64,000 nucleotides of DNA from Oscillospiraceae bacterium. GTDB taxonomy: Bacteria; Bacillota; Clostridia; Oscillospirales; CAG-272. Position numbers and translations under genes: made by a program. Numbering within the stretch: position 1 is the stretch's first letter; the number at the start of each line of letters is the position of its first letter. The notes below the pieces were generated by a model. That model was not told the origin of the DNA. It did not search any database and saw only the letters and a program-made list of their open reading frames with translations. The stretch lies in contig SVRP01000009.1 in NCBI GenBank assembly GCA_015064735.1, positions 8,474 to 72,473 of the forward strand, given 5' to 3'. This document shows, one piece after another, positions 48,694 through 58,830 of this stretch.

Positions 48694-50742
48694 TTACATC
48701 ATATATTCGGCTCTGCTGATTATATGGTCCTGGAATTCCTTATCAAGCTCGCAGAAGTATCCGCTCCATCCCCATACTCTTACTATAAGGTTGGGATACT
48801 GCTCGGGATGCGCCTTCGCCTCGAGAAGTCGCTCGCGGTTTATGGAGTTTATCTGAAGCTGATGTCCGCCAAGCTGAACGAATGCCTTAACGAACTGAGC
48901 TACCTTCTTTTCGCCATCCTCGTTACGGAATACCGTATCGTGAAGCTCTATGGTGAAGGGACCGCCGTTACACATCTGAGACAGGTCGTGCTTGGTAAAG
49001 GACTGAAGTACCGAAAGAGGTCCTTCGGTCTTTGTGGTAATTGCGGGAGAAAAGCTACAGCTAAAGGGAGTGAACGCGTTTCTTCCGTCTGCCGTAGCGG
49101 GAAGATCTCTCGATGCCCAGATATATGACTGCGCACTACCCGTTCCTACTCTCCATTTACCGCCGTAGTATCCGTTAGGCTTACCGTGGAGATATTTTAC
49201 AGCCATATCCATTATAGCACCCGCAAGCTCGTCAACGTAGTCGTCGTTATTACCCATCTTAGGCGCGGAGAGAAGCTTATTCTGAATCTCCTCGTAGCCC
49301 TTGAAGTCGGCATCCATTGCCGCGATAAGCTCGTCAGCGGTTACAGATTTATCCTCAAATACACACTTTTTAACTGCTGCCAAGGAGTCCGCCGCATTGG
49401 AAATTCCTCCGCCGAGAACTCCGAAGTTAGTATACTTAGCTCCGCCCTCGGTCTCGTCAAGTCCCTGCTCAAGGCATCCGTCCACAAAGAGAGACAGATA
49501 CATATGGCGAGATGAGCAACGGTTACTTTCGCGGTTATTATCACCGTTATAGTGCGCTCTGTGAGCTTCAGCAGCCTCGTACATCTTCTTATCGACGGCA
49601 ACCATCAACTCGTCGAAGCTCTTTACATCCTTGATATTTTCTCTGATAGCATCGTTTACGTGCTTAATAAAGAGGAAAAATCCTCTGTTGGGAATATCGT
49701 AGCCGTTATTAGGCGAGAGAACCTCCCAACAAGCGGCAACGGTATAGTTCCACGCGTCGTCCTCGTCGTAACCGAGTCCTATCATGTAAGGCACGATAAG
49801 GTCGTCGTTGCAGTACTGCGGGAAGCCAAGCCCCTTCTTAGTAAGCTTGGTGCCGTAATCGTATACCCAATCGGGGGTATTCTTACCTACGCGGATATTT
49901 ATCTTGGGGTCGATAAGATTAAGCTCCAAAGACGCCTGCATACAAAGGTCCGTAAGGTCGTTAAAGAGATAATTTCCGTTCTTATCAAAGCCCGCAAGGA
50001 CCATACTCTGTCCGTTATCACCCTGCTGACAGCCGAAGTAAATGTCTGCGTCAATATTAAGGGATATGAAGAGCATTTCAAGTATCTCAAAAAGCTCGTC
50101 GCGGGATACGCCCTTCTTTATATCTGCCTCGTAGTAAGGAAGCATATACTGGTCAAAGCGTCCGATCGTCAGGTGGGTTGCATGAGAGCAACGGAGGGTA
50201 AATACTATGATCTTAAAGAACACACAAGCCTCATAGAAGCTACGCGCAGGCTTTCTCGGAACCTGCTTGAGCGCCTCGGCAAGACGTGTATTTCCTGCCT
50301 TTTCTGCTGCCTCACGGTATCTCTCTGCGATCTCAATAGATGCAACTACGCTACGGCGCATTGCCTCGTAGAACAAGGGAGAACACCCGTCAGTGTTAAC
50401 CTTTTCATATTTTGCAATTTCTTCAAGAGTAGCATCAAAGCCCTGTCCTATGATTCTTGCGTAGTTAGGCGTGTTATTACCGGGACCGCTCTTTATCTTT
50501 CTTCCTTTGCGGTCAAGATAATAAGGAAGGTTTATGAGGCTTCTGTTAAATCCGAGAATATCATTCTCAAGAAAAACGGGAGTCTCCGCCTTAAGCATTT
50601 CCTCAAGGACTACGGTATCACGCATGGAATAATCTTCTGCGTTTATCTTTTCTGTTACGTCAAAATCCGCGTTGTCGATTCTGTTCTTTCGGTATTCCTT
50701 TGAAAGAAGAACGTTTAAAAAGCTTTGTACTCTTTCTGTCAT
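48694..50742 (-). CDS. glycyl-radical enzyme (PFL superfamily), function unknown
   Basis: GRFDQY, G.GFP...ND, Cys loop VAACWE, PKMGNNDDYVD, ATADGR, Gly loop LIVRVWGWSGYF. Confidence 0.9.
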   Translation of the reverse strand: MTERVQSFLNVLLSKEYRKNRIDNADFDVTEKINAEDYSMRDTVVLEEMLKAETPVFLENDILGFNRSLINLPYYLDRKGRKIKSGPGNNTPNYARIIGQGFDATLEEIAKYEKVNTDGCSPLFYEAMRRSVVASIEIAERYREAAEKAGNTRLAEALKQVPRKPARSFYEACVFFKIIVFTLRCSHATHLTIGRFDQYMLPYYEADIKKGVSRDELFEILEMLFISLNIDADIYFGCQQGDNGQSMVLAGFDKNGNYLFNDLTDLCMQASLELNLIDPKINIRVGKNTPDWVYDYGTKLTKKGLGFPQYCNDDLIVPYMIGLGYDEDDAWNYTVAACWEVLSPNNGYDIPNRGFFLFIKHVNDAIRENIKDVKSFDELMVAVDKKMYEAAEAHRAHYNGDNNRESNRCSSRHMYLSLFVDGCLEQGLDETEGGAKYTNFGVLGGGISNAADSLAAVKKCVFEDKSVTADELIAAMDADFKGYEEIQNKLLSAPKMGNNDDYVDELAGAIMDMAVKYLHGKPNGYYGGKWRVGTGSAQSYIWASRDLPATADGRNAFTPFSCSFSPAITTKTEGPLSVLQSFTKHDLSQMCNGGPFTIELHDTVFRNEDGEKKVAQFVKAFVQLGGHQLQINSINRERLLEAKAHPEQYPNLIVRVWGWSGYFCELDKEFQDHIISRAEYMM

Positions 50743-51587
50743 AATACTCTTACCTCAATTCCGTATTCGTTAAATATTTCTATTCTTGGTTGCGGAGGTA
50801 TATCTCCGTCAAAATCTGTTACGTATTTTCTGCCCATGAGCAAATATTTGCCTCCCGCCATCTTATTGTACGGCAGAAGCTCTATTTTTCCTACTCCGAG
50901 GCTACTCATAAATGCTGCGGTCTCTCTTATGTTTTTCTCCGTATCGTTTACCGTGGGTATCAGGGGAATTCGGGTTATGAAATCCTTACCGCTCCTTGCA
51001 AGCAGCTTGTAATTCTCAAGAATCTGACTATTGTCCACACCTGTATAATGCTTATGAATCTCGCTGTCCATATGTTTAAGGTCATACAGAACAAAATCAC
51101 ATTCTTCAAGAACCTTCAAAAACACGTCCCGCTCGGCAAATCCGCAGGTCTGGAGGGCTCTGTTGGTCTTTCCCCTCAAAAGCTTCATACATTCAAGAAC
51201 AAACTGCCAATGAGACAGAGGCTCGCCACCCGAAAAGGTTACTCCCCCTCCGCTCATATTGAGTATGCTTATATTCTTTTTGATCCTTTCGACCATCTCC
51301 TCGGGGGTATAGTCTATACCGCTCTCGCGCACAAGCTTTCTTGGGCATACCCCCGCACTTTCGGGCACAAGACAAGGCTTTCCGGTAAGTTCCTCACCCT
51401 TTTTCATGCACGCTCCGCACCCCAAGCATCCGTTAGGACTTCTCGCCATTTCTTTTTCGAAGCGTTGCCCCTCGGGGTTATGACACCACATGCAACGAAG
51501 AGGACACCCCTTCATAAAGATAGTCATTCTTATACCCGGACCGTCGTAGGTAGAAAATTCCTCAATTGAGAAAACTCTTCCGACCAT
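50739..51587 (-). CDS. glycyl-radical enzyme activating enzyme (radical SAM)
   Basis: DGPGIR..F.KGCPLRCMWCHNPE, GGVTFSGGEP, RIPLIP, LLPYN. Confidence 0.93.
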   Translation of the reverse strand: MVGRVFSIEEFSTYDGPGIRMTIFMKGCPLRCMWCHNPEGQRFEKEMARSPNGCLGCGACMKKGEELTGKPCLVPESAGVCPRKLVRESGIDYTPEEMVERIKKNISILNMSGGGVTFSGGEPLSHWQFVLECMKLLRGKTNRALQTCGFAERDVFLKVLEECDFVLYDLKHMDSEIHKHYTGVDNSQILENYKLLARSGKDFITRIPLIPTVNDTEKNIRETAAFMSSLGVGKIELLPYNKMAGGKYLLMGRKYVTDFDGDIPPQPRIEIFNEYGIEVRVL

Positions 51588-51626
51588 ATATCAATCTCCT
51601 CGCAATTTATATGTCCTTCTGCGATC

Positions 51627-51655
51627 ATTATAACACAGTATTATGTCAATTTCAA
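51627..51655 (-). promoter_or_regulatory. sigmaA promoter of activase-GRE operon
   Basis: Minus strand TTGAAA-17nt-(TG)-TATAAT. Confidence 0.65.
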
Positions 51656-51704
51656 GCCATAAAACTATATTTTTTAGCCATTTTTTGACTTTTTATCTGC
51701 GTTT

Positions 51705-52685
51705 TTATTTTAAACAGAGTATATTCATAAGAGCATCTGAATGTTCTCTACTGTCAGAAACAGAGTCAATGACCTTAGAAAGGACCTCAATGTTTTGATT
51801 TCTCCCTGCACAGCAAGCACCTATGGGATAATTTTTCGCAAACGTCTTGAGAGGCTCGGCATCAAAATGCTCAAGTATCGGAGTTATCAAGATTTCGGGA
51901 TATACTCTCTCCGTCAATGCGGACAGAGTATTAACGTCAAACTCCGGCAATATTTCAAGGGAGACCGCTCCGACAAAAAATCCGCGCCCGTGAATATATT
52001 CCAAAAGTGCGCTTGCGCATTCGGCATTGCCGTTTGCCCTAATGTAAACCTCATGGATTTTATGCTGTTTATCACCGAGCAAAAGCTCGATAAAAATCGA
52101 TATGCATAATGTCTGAATACTTACATAATTATATTTTTCGCCACTCGCAAGATCATTAAAAGCAAGCTCTGCGGTGTGAGGATCAGGACGCATGTACGGT
52201 GCCTTATACGCATCGATTTCTATACATATCTCGCCATTTTTTTCCTCCGTTGCCTCCCGTATTATTTTATGGGTAAGCTCCGTGTAGTTTTTACATTCTG
52301 TTACATATTTCGACACATATTTATCTATATTAAACCGATCGTATTTCTCCGATTTAGGAGTTTTGCGTTCAAGCATGGGTTCTTCGAAAAAGCAGTCATT
52401 CTCTTTTTCTTCGTATGACTTAGCGTGTATTATTTTCCACCGCGCACATGATCCGCTTCTCGAATATTCTCCAAATTTTAAGCAAGGTATTCCCAAGGTT
52501 TCAAGCTCTTTTTTGTACTTCAGTACCTCTTTGTGCCCCGCCATTAAAGGTAAACATCTTTCCCACTCGTCAAAGAGTTCAAAATCAGACGCTTTCCCGT
52601 TTGTGTATTTTTCATCACTATGCAATTCGAGCAATATCTTGATTTTATTCTGATTTTCCCTATTTTTTGATATATTTTTCAGCAC
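51705..52685 (-). CDS. degenerate uronate isomerase (UxaC)-like protein
   Basis: 'EKYTNGKASDFELFDEW..CLP...GH......EL..LGI' resembles the UxaC N-terminal block; metal-binding HxH absent. Confidence 0.5.
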   Translation of the reverse strand: MLKNISKNRENQNKIKILLELHSDEKYTNGKASDFELFDEWERCLPLMAGHKEVLKYKKELETLGIPCLKFGEYSRSGSCARWKIIHAKSYEEKENDCFFEEPMLERKTPKSEKYDRFNIDKYVSKYVTECKNYTELTHKIIREATEEKNGEICIEIDAYKAPYMRPDPHTAELAFNDLASGEKYNYVSIQTLCISIFIELLLGDKQHKIHEVYIRANGNAECASALLEYIHGRGFFVGAVSLEILPEFDVNTLSALTERVYPEILITPILEHFDAEPLKTFAKNYPIGACCAGRNQNIEVLSKVIDSVSDSREHSDALMNILCLK

Positions 52686-52872
52686 TTATATTCTCCTCAA
52701 TTTTTTGAAGGACGTTTGAACGAAAATTTGTAAATAAGATTACGCTATCATTATAGCAGTTTTTTCTCTGTTTTACAAGCAATTAGCAAATAATAAAGAT
52801 TTTTTTATAAATATTTAATATTATGTAGACATTTTATTTAAACTGTGATATAATAAAATGATGTATTAGGTC

Positions 52873-53502
52873 ATGGAGGTGGAATCTTTGAAAATTGTTC
52901 CTATCTGCTCGGATTCTTACGGCGCGAATACCTATCTTTTGGTATCATTGGATGAGGCGTTTATAGTAGACCCTACGGTATCGGTAGGCGCTATGCTCAA
53001 GGCAGTGGAAAAGGAAGGCGCAAGCCTTAAGGGGATTCTTCTCACTCACGGACATTTCGATCATCTTTTTTCACTGGATCCCCTGCGCAAGGATACGGGA
53101 GTCGGCGCATACATTCACCAAAAAGATGCTATTATGCTGACCGACGGCAAAAAAAACGCTTTTTTTGATTTTTTCGGGAAGGAGCGCACTTATGCACCCG
53201 CAGAGCATCTTCTCTCAGGCGGTGAGCTTTTACCGCTTGGAAATGAAAAATTAGAGGTCATACATACACCCGGACACACTCAAGGCTCGGTATGCTACCG
53301 TTGCGGCGACATTCTCGTAACGGGAGACACTCTTTTTTCCAATACCTACGGCAGATGCGATCTGTACGGCGGTAACATGACCCAGATGCGAGAATCGCTC
53401 AAGCATCTGTCTTCCCTTGACGGTAATATCGTAATATATCCCGGACACGGAGAAGCCGAAATACTTTCAAACGCGCTTAGCTCCGTTGATTATCTTTTAT
53501 AA
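52873..53502 (+). CDS. MBL-fold metallo-hydrolase (glyoxalase II-like)
   Basis: THGHFDH, HTPGHT.GS, GDTLF, YPGHG; start may be TTG 52888. Confidence 0.9.
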   Translation: MEVESLKIVPICSDSYGANTYLLVSLDEAFIVDPTVSVGAMLKAVEKEGASLKGILLTHGHFDHLFSLDPLRKDTGVGAYIHQKDAIMLTDGKKNAFFDFFGKERTYAPAEHLLSGGELLPLGNEKLEVIHTPGHTQGSVCYRCGDILVTGDTLFSNTYGRCDLYGGNMTQMRESLKHLSSLDGNIVIYPGHGEAEILSNALSSVDYLL

Positions 53503-53519
53503 ACGAAAGGAATTTTAAC

Positions 53520-55205
53520 ATGGACTACAACAGACTTGCCCAATTGCTGTTTCCCAACATAGATAGGCTTCCGTCCGACATTGAAAACGAATTTCCCAAA
53601 AGAGAGCTTCCCGAGGGAGCGAAGGTAACAAGATTTGCCCCCAGTCCCACGGGATTCGTACACTTTGGCGGTCTCTTCCCCACTACAGTTGCGGAAAGAC
53701 TCGCTCACCAAAGCGGAGGAGTTCTCTATCTCCGAATAGAGGACACCGATGCAAAGCGAGAGGTTCCCGGAGCCGCTGAGGCACTCATCAGAACTCTTTC
53801 GGTATACGGTGTTGACTTTGACGAGGGTGCCGTCATTGGAGAGGACGGAAAGATCTGCGACAAGGGCATTTACGGTCCCTACAAGCAAAGCATGAGAGGC
53901 TCTATCTATCAGACCTATGCTAAGCAGCTCGTACGCGAGGGAAAGGCTTACCCCTGCTTTACCACAGAGGAAGAGCTTGAGGAGCTTTCAAAGGTAAACA
54001 AGAAAGAGGAAATCAAAAACACCGACTGGCAGGCAGAGGCTGAGGCAAGACGCGCTCAGATGCTTGCACAGCGCAACTTCACCATTGAGGACGTTGAAAA
54101 GAATCTTGCAGAGGGTAACCCCTTTGTGCTTCGTATTCTTGCAGACGGAGACCCTGAGCGAAAGATAAAATTCACCGACCTCGTAAAAGGAAACATGGAA
54201 ATTCCCGAAAACGACGAGGACTTCGTTCTTCTAAAGTCCGACGGAATTCCCACTTACCACTTTGCTCATGCAGTTGACGATCACCTTATGGGAACTACCC
54301 ATGTCATTCGCGGTGAGGAATGGTTACCGAGCCTTGCAAAGCATCTTCAGCTTTTCAGATATCTCGGCTTCAGGGCTCCCAAATATATGCACATAGCGCA
54401 GATAATGCGTCTTGACGAGGCCGGAAACAAAAAGAAGCTTTCAAAACGCGATATGGGCGCAAACATGGACGACTACACCAGAATGGGATACTGTCCCGAG
54501 GCTGTGTGCGAGTACGTTATGACCCTGCTCAACTCCAACTACGAGGAGTGGAGAATGCAGAATCCCGATAAGAGCTACCGCGACTTCCCCTTCAACATAA
54601 AGAAAATGTCGGTATCGGGTTGTCTTTTCGATTTCAATAAGCTTGGCGACGTATCGAAGAACGTAATATCCAAAATGGACGCAAAGGCTGTAACCGAAAA
54701 GATCACCGCCTGGGCGCTTGAATTCGACAAGGAGCTTGGAGAGCTTCTTGCCCGCGATGTATCCTATGCGGAAAAGATATTCGCTATCGGCAGAGGCGGA
54801 AAGAAGCCCCGTAAAGATCTTGCAACCTGGGCTGATGCCAGAGGTTATATGGGATTCTTCTACGATGAGCTCTTTGCTCTTGAGGCTTCCTACGACGAAA
54901 AATACGACAAAAACGATATTCGGAAGGTACTTGAGGGATTCCTTGAGAGCTACGATGAGTTCGACGATATGAACACTTGGTTCGACAAGATTAAGGCTAT
55001 CGGAGAAGGGCTTGGATACACCTCCGACATGAAGGCTTACAAGGCTGACCCCTCAGCCTTTAAGGGCAACGTAGCCGACGTCAGTATGTTTATAAGACTT
55101 GCGGTAATCGGCAAGCTCAATGCTCCCGATATGTACTCGGTCATGCAGATTCTCGGCAAGGAAAGAGTAGAAAACAGAATAAAGGATATGCTTAACACGC
55201 TTTAA
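53520..55205 (+). CDS. gltX: glutamate--tRNA ligase
   Basis: TRFAPSPTG..HFGG, LRIEDTD, YGPY.QS, PTYHFAHAVDD, RGEEW, KLSKR. Confidence 0.95.
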   Translation: MDYNRLAQLLFPNIDRLPSDIENEFPKRELPEGAKVTRFAPSPTGFVHFGGLFPTTVAERLAHQSGGVLYLRIEDTDAKREVPGAAEALIRTLSVYGVDFDEGAVIGEDGKICDKGIYGPYKQSMRGSIYQTYAKQLVREGKAYPCFTTEEELEELSKVNKKEEIKNTDWQAEAEARRAQMLAQRNFTIEDVEKNLAEGNPFVLRILADGDPERKIKFTDLVKGNMEIPENDEDFVLLKSDGIPTYHFAHAVDDHLMGTTHVIRGEEWLPSLAKHLQLFRYLGFRAPKYMHIAQIMRLDEAGNKKKLSKRDMGANMDDYTRMGYCPEAVCEYVMTLLNSNYEEWRMQNPDKSYRDFPFNIKKMSVSGCLFDFNKLGDVSKNVISKMDAKAVTEKITAWALEFDKELGELLARDVSYAEKIFAIGRGGKKPRKDLATWADARGYMGFFYDELFALEASYDEKYDKNDIRKVLEGFLESYDEFDDMNTWFDKIKAIGEGLGYTSDMKAYKADPSAFKGNVADVSMFIRLAVIGKLNAPDMYSVMQILGKERVENRIKDMLNTL

Positions 55206-55224
55206 AAGACAAGAGGTAAGAAAA

Positions 55225-56883
55225 ATGGAAGAAATAGCAAGCAATTTTATACACGATATCATTGACGCAGACCTTACAGAAAATCCCAATCTCAAAATAC
55301 ACACGCGTTTTCCCCCCGAGCCTAACGGATATCTTCACATCGGCTCGGTAAAGGCAATTTGCGTAAACACCGACGTTGCCAACAAATATTCGGGACTTTT
55401 TAACCTCCGCTACGACGACACCAATCCCGCAAAGGAGTCAGACGAATTTGTACGCTCTATTCGCGAGGACCTTGAATGGCTTGGAGCTACACCTACGGGA
55501 GGAGTTTTCTACGGCTCCGACTATTTTGGAAAGTGCTATGAATTTGCCGTTCAGCTTATAAAACAGGGCGATGCTTACGTATGCGACCTTTCAAAGGATG
55601 ACCTTGCGGATTATAAGGGTACCGACCGCTCCGTGGCATCCAAGGAGTCGCCCTACCGCAACAGAACGGTTGAGGAAAATCTCGAGCTCTTCGAAAGAAT
55701 GAAGAACGGTGAATTTCCCGACGGAGCGCGTACTCTGCGCGCAAAGATCGATCCCTCAAGCGACAATCCTTATCTTCGCGACCCTGTTATTTACAGAATA
55801 AAGCACATTCACCATCACCGTCAGGGAGACGAATGGTGCGTATATCCTATGTATGACTTTGCGCACCCCATTCAGGATGCTCTTGAGGGCATCACTCACT
55901 CTCTCTGCTCCAGCGAATTCCGTAACCACCGTCCTCTTTACGATTGGGTAGTGGATAAGATAGGTTTTGAGCAGAAGCCCCATCAGTGGGAATTCGGAAG
56001 AATGAACATTACCTATACGGTTATGTCCAAGAGATATTTGCGCCAGCTCGTCGAGGAGGGTTACGTTGACGGTTGGGATGATCCCCGTTTGCCCACCCTT
56101 TGCGGCTTGCGCCGCCGCGGATATACTCCCACAGCGCTCTTCAATTTTGTGCGTGAGGCAGGCGTTACGAACACCGACCATACTGTAGACGTACGCCAGC
56201 TTGAGGCATGTGTCCGCGACGACCTCAATGAGAACGCACAAAGACGCATCGGTATCGGTAACCCCATAAAGGTCATTATCGACAACTATCCCGAGGATAA
56301 AGAGGAGACCTTTACCGTTTCCAATCACCCCCAGAAGCCTGAATTTGGCACAAGAGAGGTGCCCATGACCCGCGAGGTATATATTGACGCATCCGATTTT
56401 GCAGAGGTTCCACCTCCCAAGTTCTTCAGACTTAAGCCCGATGGCGAGGTTCGTCTTATGGGCGGATATATCATAAAATACGCGGGAATCGAAAAGGATG
56501 CCGAAGGCAATATCATCTGCATCCATGCCACCGCTGACCTTGAGTCGGGCAACGGTTCTCCCGTTGACGGCAGAAAGGTAAAGGGTACCATACATTGGCT
56601 TTCCGCTAAGCATGCGGTTCCCGCAACATTTATGCTTTACGACCGTCTTTTCAATATTGAGAATACTGCTGACGTTCCCGAAGGAAAAACCTACCTTGAC
56701 TTCCTTAATGAAAATTCTCTTACCAAGCTTGAAGGTGCTATGGTTGAGCCCTCACTCTGCGACGCGGAGGCAGGAGAAAAGTTCCAATTTGTAAGAGACG
56801 GATACTACTGCAAGGATTCAAAGCATGAAAACACATTTAACAGAGTTGTCGGTCTTAAGGACAGCTTTCCCGCAAAGAAATAA
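55225..56883 (+). CDS. glnS: glutamine--tRNA ligase
   Basis: TRFPPEPNGYLHIG, DDTNP, YPMYDFAH, MSKR, GWDDPR.PT..GLRRRG, KGTIHW. Confidence 0.95.
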   Translation: MEEIASNFIHDIIDADLTENPNLKIHTRFPPEPNGYLHIGSVKAICVNTDVANKYSGLFNLRYDDTNPAKESDEFVRSIREDLEWLGATPTGGVFYGSDYFGKCYEFAVQLIKQGDAYVCDLSKDDLADYKGTDRSVASKESPYRNRTVEENLELFERMKNGEFPDGARTLRAKIDPSSDNPYLRDPVIYRIKHIHHHRQGDEWCVYPMYDFAHPIQDALEGITHSLCSSEFRNHRPLYDWVVDKIGFEQKPHQWEFGRMNITYTVMSKRYLRQLVEEGYVDGWDDPRLPTLCGLRRRGYTPTALFNFVREAGVTNTDHTVDVRQLEACVRDDLNENAQRRIGIGNPIKVIIDNYPEDKEETFTVSNHPQKPEFGTREVPMTREVYIDASDFAEVPPPKFFRLKPDGEVRLMGGYIIKYAGIEKDAEGNIICIHATADLESGNGSPVDGRKVKGTIHWLSAKHAVPATFMLYDRLFNIENTADVPEGKTYLDFLNENSLTKLEGAMVEPSLCDAEAGEKFQFVRDGYYCKDSKHENTFNRVVGLKDSFPAKK

Positions 56884-56901
56884 TTAAACGGAGAACAGAT
56901 T

Positions 56902-57174
56902 ATGAATTTTCTTTTTATTTATCTCGCTGCAATTTCTCTTATTTCGATAGTCGTATGTATTTACGATAAATTTGCAGCAAAGCACGCAACGCGCCACCGT
57001 ACAAGAGAGGCGACTCTTCTTATACTTTCCGCTCTTGGCGGCTCTGTCGCAATGTTTTTGACAATGCTTTTGATAAGACATAAAACCAAGCACGTGAAGT
57101 TCATGCTCGGCATCCCCCTTATAATGATTCTTCAGGCGGCAGCAGTGTTTCTTCTCTTCCGTTTCGTTTTATAA
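56902..57174 (+). CDS. DUF1294-family small membrane protein
   Basis: DK..A....R..E..L...GGS.......RHKT.H.KF. Confidence 0.8.
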   Translation: MNFLFIYLAAISLISIVVCIYDKFAAKHATRHRTREATLLILSALGGSVAMFLTMLLIRHKTKHVKFMLGIPLIMILQAAAVFLLFRFVL

Positions 57175-57200
57175 CCTACCAGAATTGAAAGGATATTAAA

Positions 57201-58808
57201 ATGACAGCAGATCTTTCAAGATTCAGCCTCATATACCCCGATGAAGCATCGGGAACCGCAGCCCACGATAACGGCGACAAGAGCGCTGTTGATATGTTCG
57301 TCCTTGACGAGCTGGGACTTACAGAAATATTCAAGCTCAAAAACAGCGATCTCAACGAATATTTCACCACCGATCCCGCAGTTATCAGGCATAGAATGGA
57401 GGTTTTCGGGGATATGGTGGAAAACCCCGAAATATCCACTACTCTCAACAAACTTATTCCGATTCTTAACGATATTATGGAGCTCCGCCGTCTTGAGGCG
57501 GATACGGGAAACACCGAGAATTATCTCGAAAGTCTTACCGAGATAGAGCTTTATATTTCAAGTATTTCCACACTCTACGAAGGTCTTTGCCCTATAAAAG
57601 GCAGATTTAAGAGCCATGCCTTTATTACGCTTTCCGACCGCATAACAGAGCTTGTTGAAAGCGATTATTACAAGGAGCTTAACAAAAAGCTCCGCGAGCT
57701 TACCAACAGAGTTCGGGATATCAAGAGCGTAACTATCGGTGTAAATCTTGATGCCCAGCTCCGACCCACAAGTGCGGGAGTTCTTTCGGTAAATCCCGAA
57801 GCGTTCCGCTCGGGAGACGTAATAGACAAGATTCTCCGTCTTAACTTCAAGGAAGACGAATACACTTGCATTGCAAACCTCGTTCCCTTTAACAAAAAGC
57901 AGTCTGAAAATCAGAAAACAGCCCTTGCTCTCGCTTTCAACTCGGCAATCAACGACGTGTATAAGCAGTCCTTGCGGTCATGGAAAAAGATAGTTCAGTC
58001 TTACGTTCTTGAGAACACCGATTTTCTTTTGAATCTCGTCCCCGAAATAGAATTTCTAGTGAAGGGAACGCTCCTGCTCCGGTACCTCAAATCGAGAGGT
58101 CTTGCGCTTTGCATCCCCGAAATAAAGACCGACGAGATAATTTTCAAGGCAACGGGACTTTATAACCCCTGCGTAGCGGTCAAGGTTGACGACGATATCG
58201 TTACCAATGACCTTGATTTCTGCGAGGACGATGCCCTTATATTCGTACTCACAGGACCTAACCGAGGCGGTAAATCTGTTATCACCTGCGCTATGGGTCT
58301 TGCCCAAGCAATGATGCAGCTTGGAATGTTCGTTCCTGCGGACAGCGCAACTATCAGCATCGCAGACAGCATTTACACCCACTTCCCTACGGGAGCTGAC
58401 GACACTATCGACAAGGGTAGGCTCGGTGAGGAATGTGCCCGTCTTAACGACATATTCCTGAAGGTTACAAGTAAGAGTCTCGTGCTTCTTGACGAATCTC
58501 TCTCCTCTACGGGCTCATTTGAGGCTTCATATATTGCCGCAGAGGTTCTTGCGGGTCTTAGCCGCGTTGGATGCCGTTGTCTATTTTCAACTCACCTTCA
58601 CGAGCTTGCGTCCGAGATCGACGGAATAAACGCGCGGACCGCAAATGACGGCGGTGTGAAGATAGACTCGCTGGTTGCGGGAATTGAAGAGGGCAAGCGT
58701 TCCTTCAAGATTCACAGAATTAAGCCCGACGGAAAGAGCTATGCACGCGATATTGCCGCTAAATACGGAATCACCTACGAAAACATCGTAAAAAATATTG
58801 AAAGATAA
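57201..58808 (+). CDS. MutS-related protein (domain V ATPase only)
   Basis: TGPNRGGKS, Q.G.FVPA, THF, GRLGEE, LLDES.SST, FSTHLHEL. Confidence 0.85.
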   Translation: MTADLSRFSLIYPDEASGTAAHDNGDKSAVDMFVLDELGLTEIFKLKNSDLNEYFTTDPAVIRHRMEVFGDMVENPEISTTLNKLIPILNDIMELRRLEADTGNTENYLESLTEIELYISSISTLYEGLCPIKGRFKSHAFITLSDRITELVESDYYKELNKKLRELTNRVRDIKSVTIGVNLDAQLRPTSAGVLSVNPEAFRSGDVIDKILRLNFKEDEYTCIANLVPFNKKQSENQKTALALAFNSAINDVYKQSLRSWKKIVQSYVLENTDFLLNLVPEIEFLVKGTLLLRYLKSRGLALCIPEIKTDEIIFKATGLYNPCVAVKVDDDIVTNDLDFCEDDALIFVLTGPNRGGKSVITCAMGLAQAMMQLGMFVPADSATISIADSIYTHFPTGADDTIDKGRLGEECARLNDIFLKVTSKSLVLLDESLSSTGSFEASYIAAEVLAGLSRVGCRCLFSTHLHELASEIDGINARTANDGGVKIDSLVAGIEEGKRSFKIHRIKPDGKSYARDIAAKYGITYENIVKNIER

Positions 58809-58830
58809 TAAGTTCCGAAAGGAGGATCTT

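Noticed and set aside
48694-50742. Pyruvate formate-lyase (pflB) call
   Set aside because: Lacks the adjacent Cys-Cys pair and the RVSGY loop.
52686-53519. T-box leader for gltX/glnS
   Set aside because: No T-box consensus or leader space; gltX directly follows the MBL gene.
4611-56613. Numerous long antisense ORFs (e.g. 4611-5657, 21064-21885, 40313-42414, 49552-50703, 55756-56613)
   Set aside because: They mirror well-supported genes on the opposite strand, as expected from codon bias, and show no recognisable motifs.
53520-56883. GlnRS in a firmicute as a novelty
   Set aside because: glnS is common in Clostridia; adjacency to gltX is not unusual enough.
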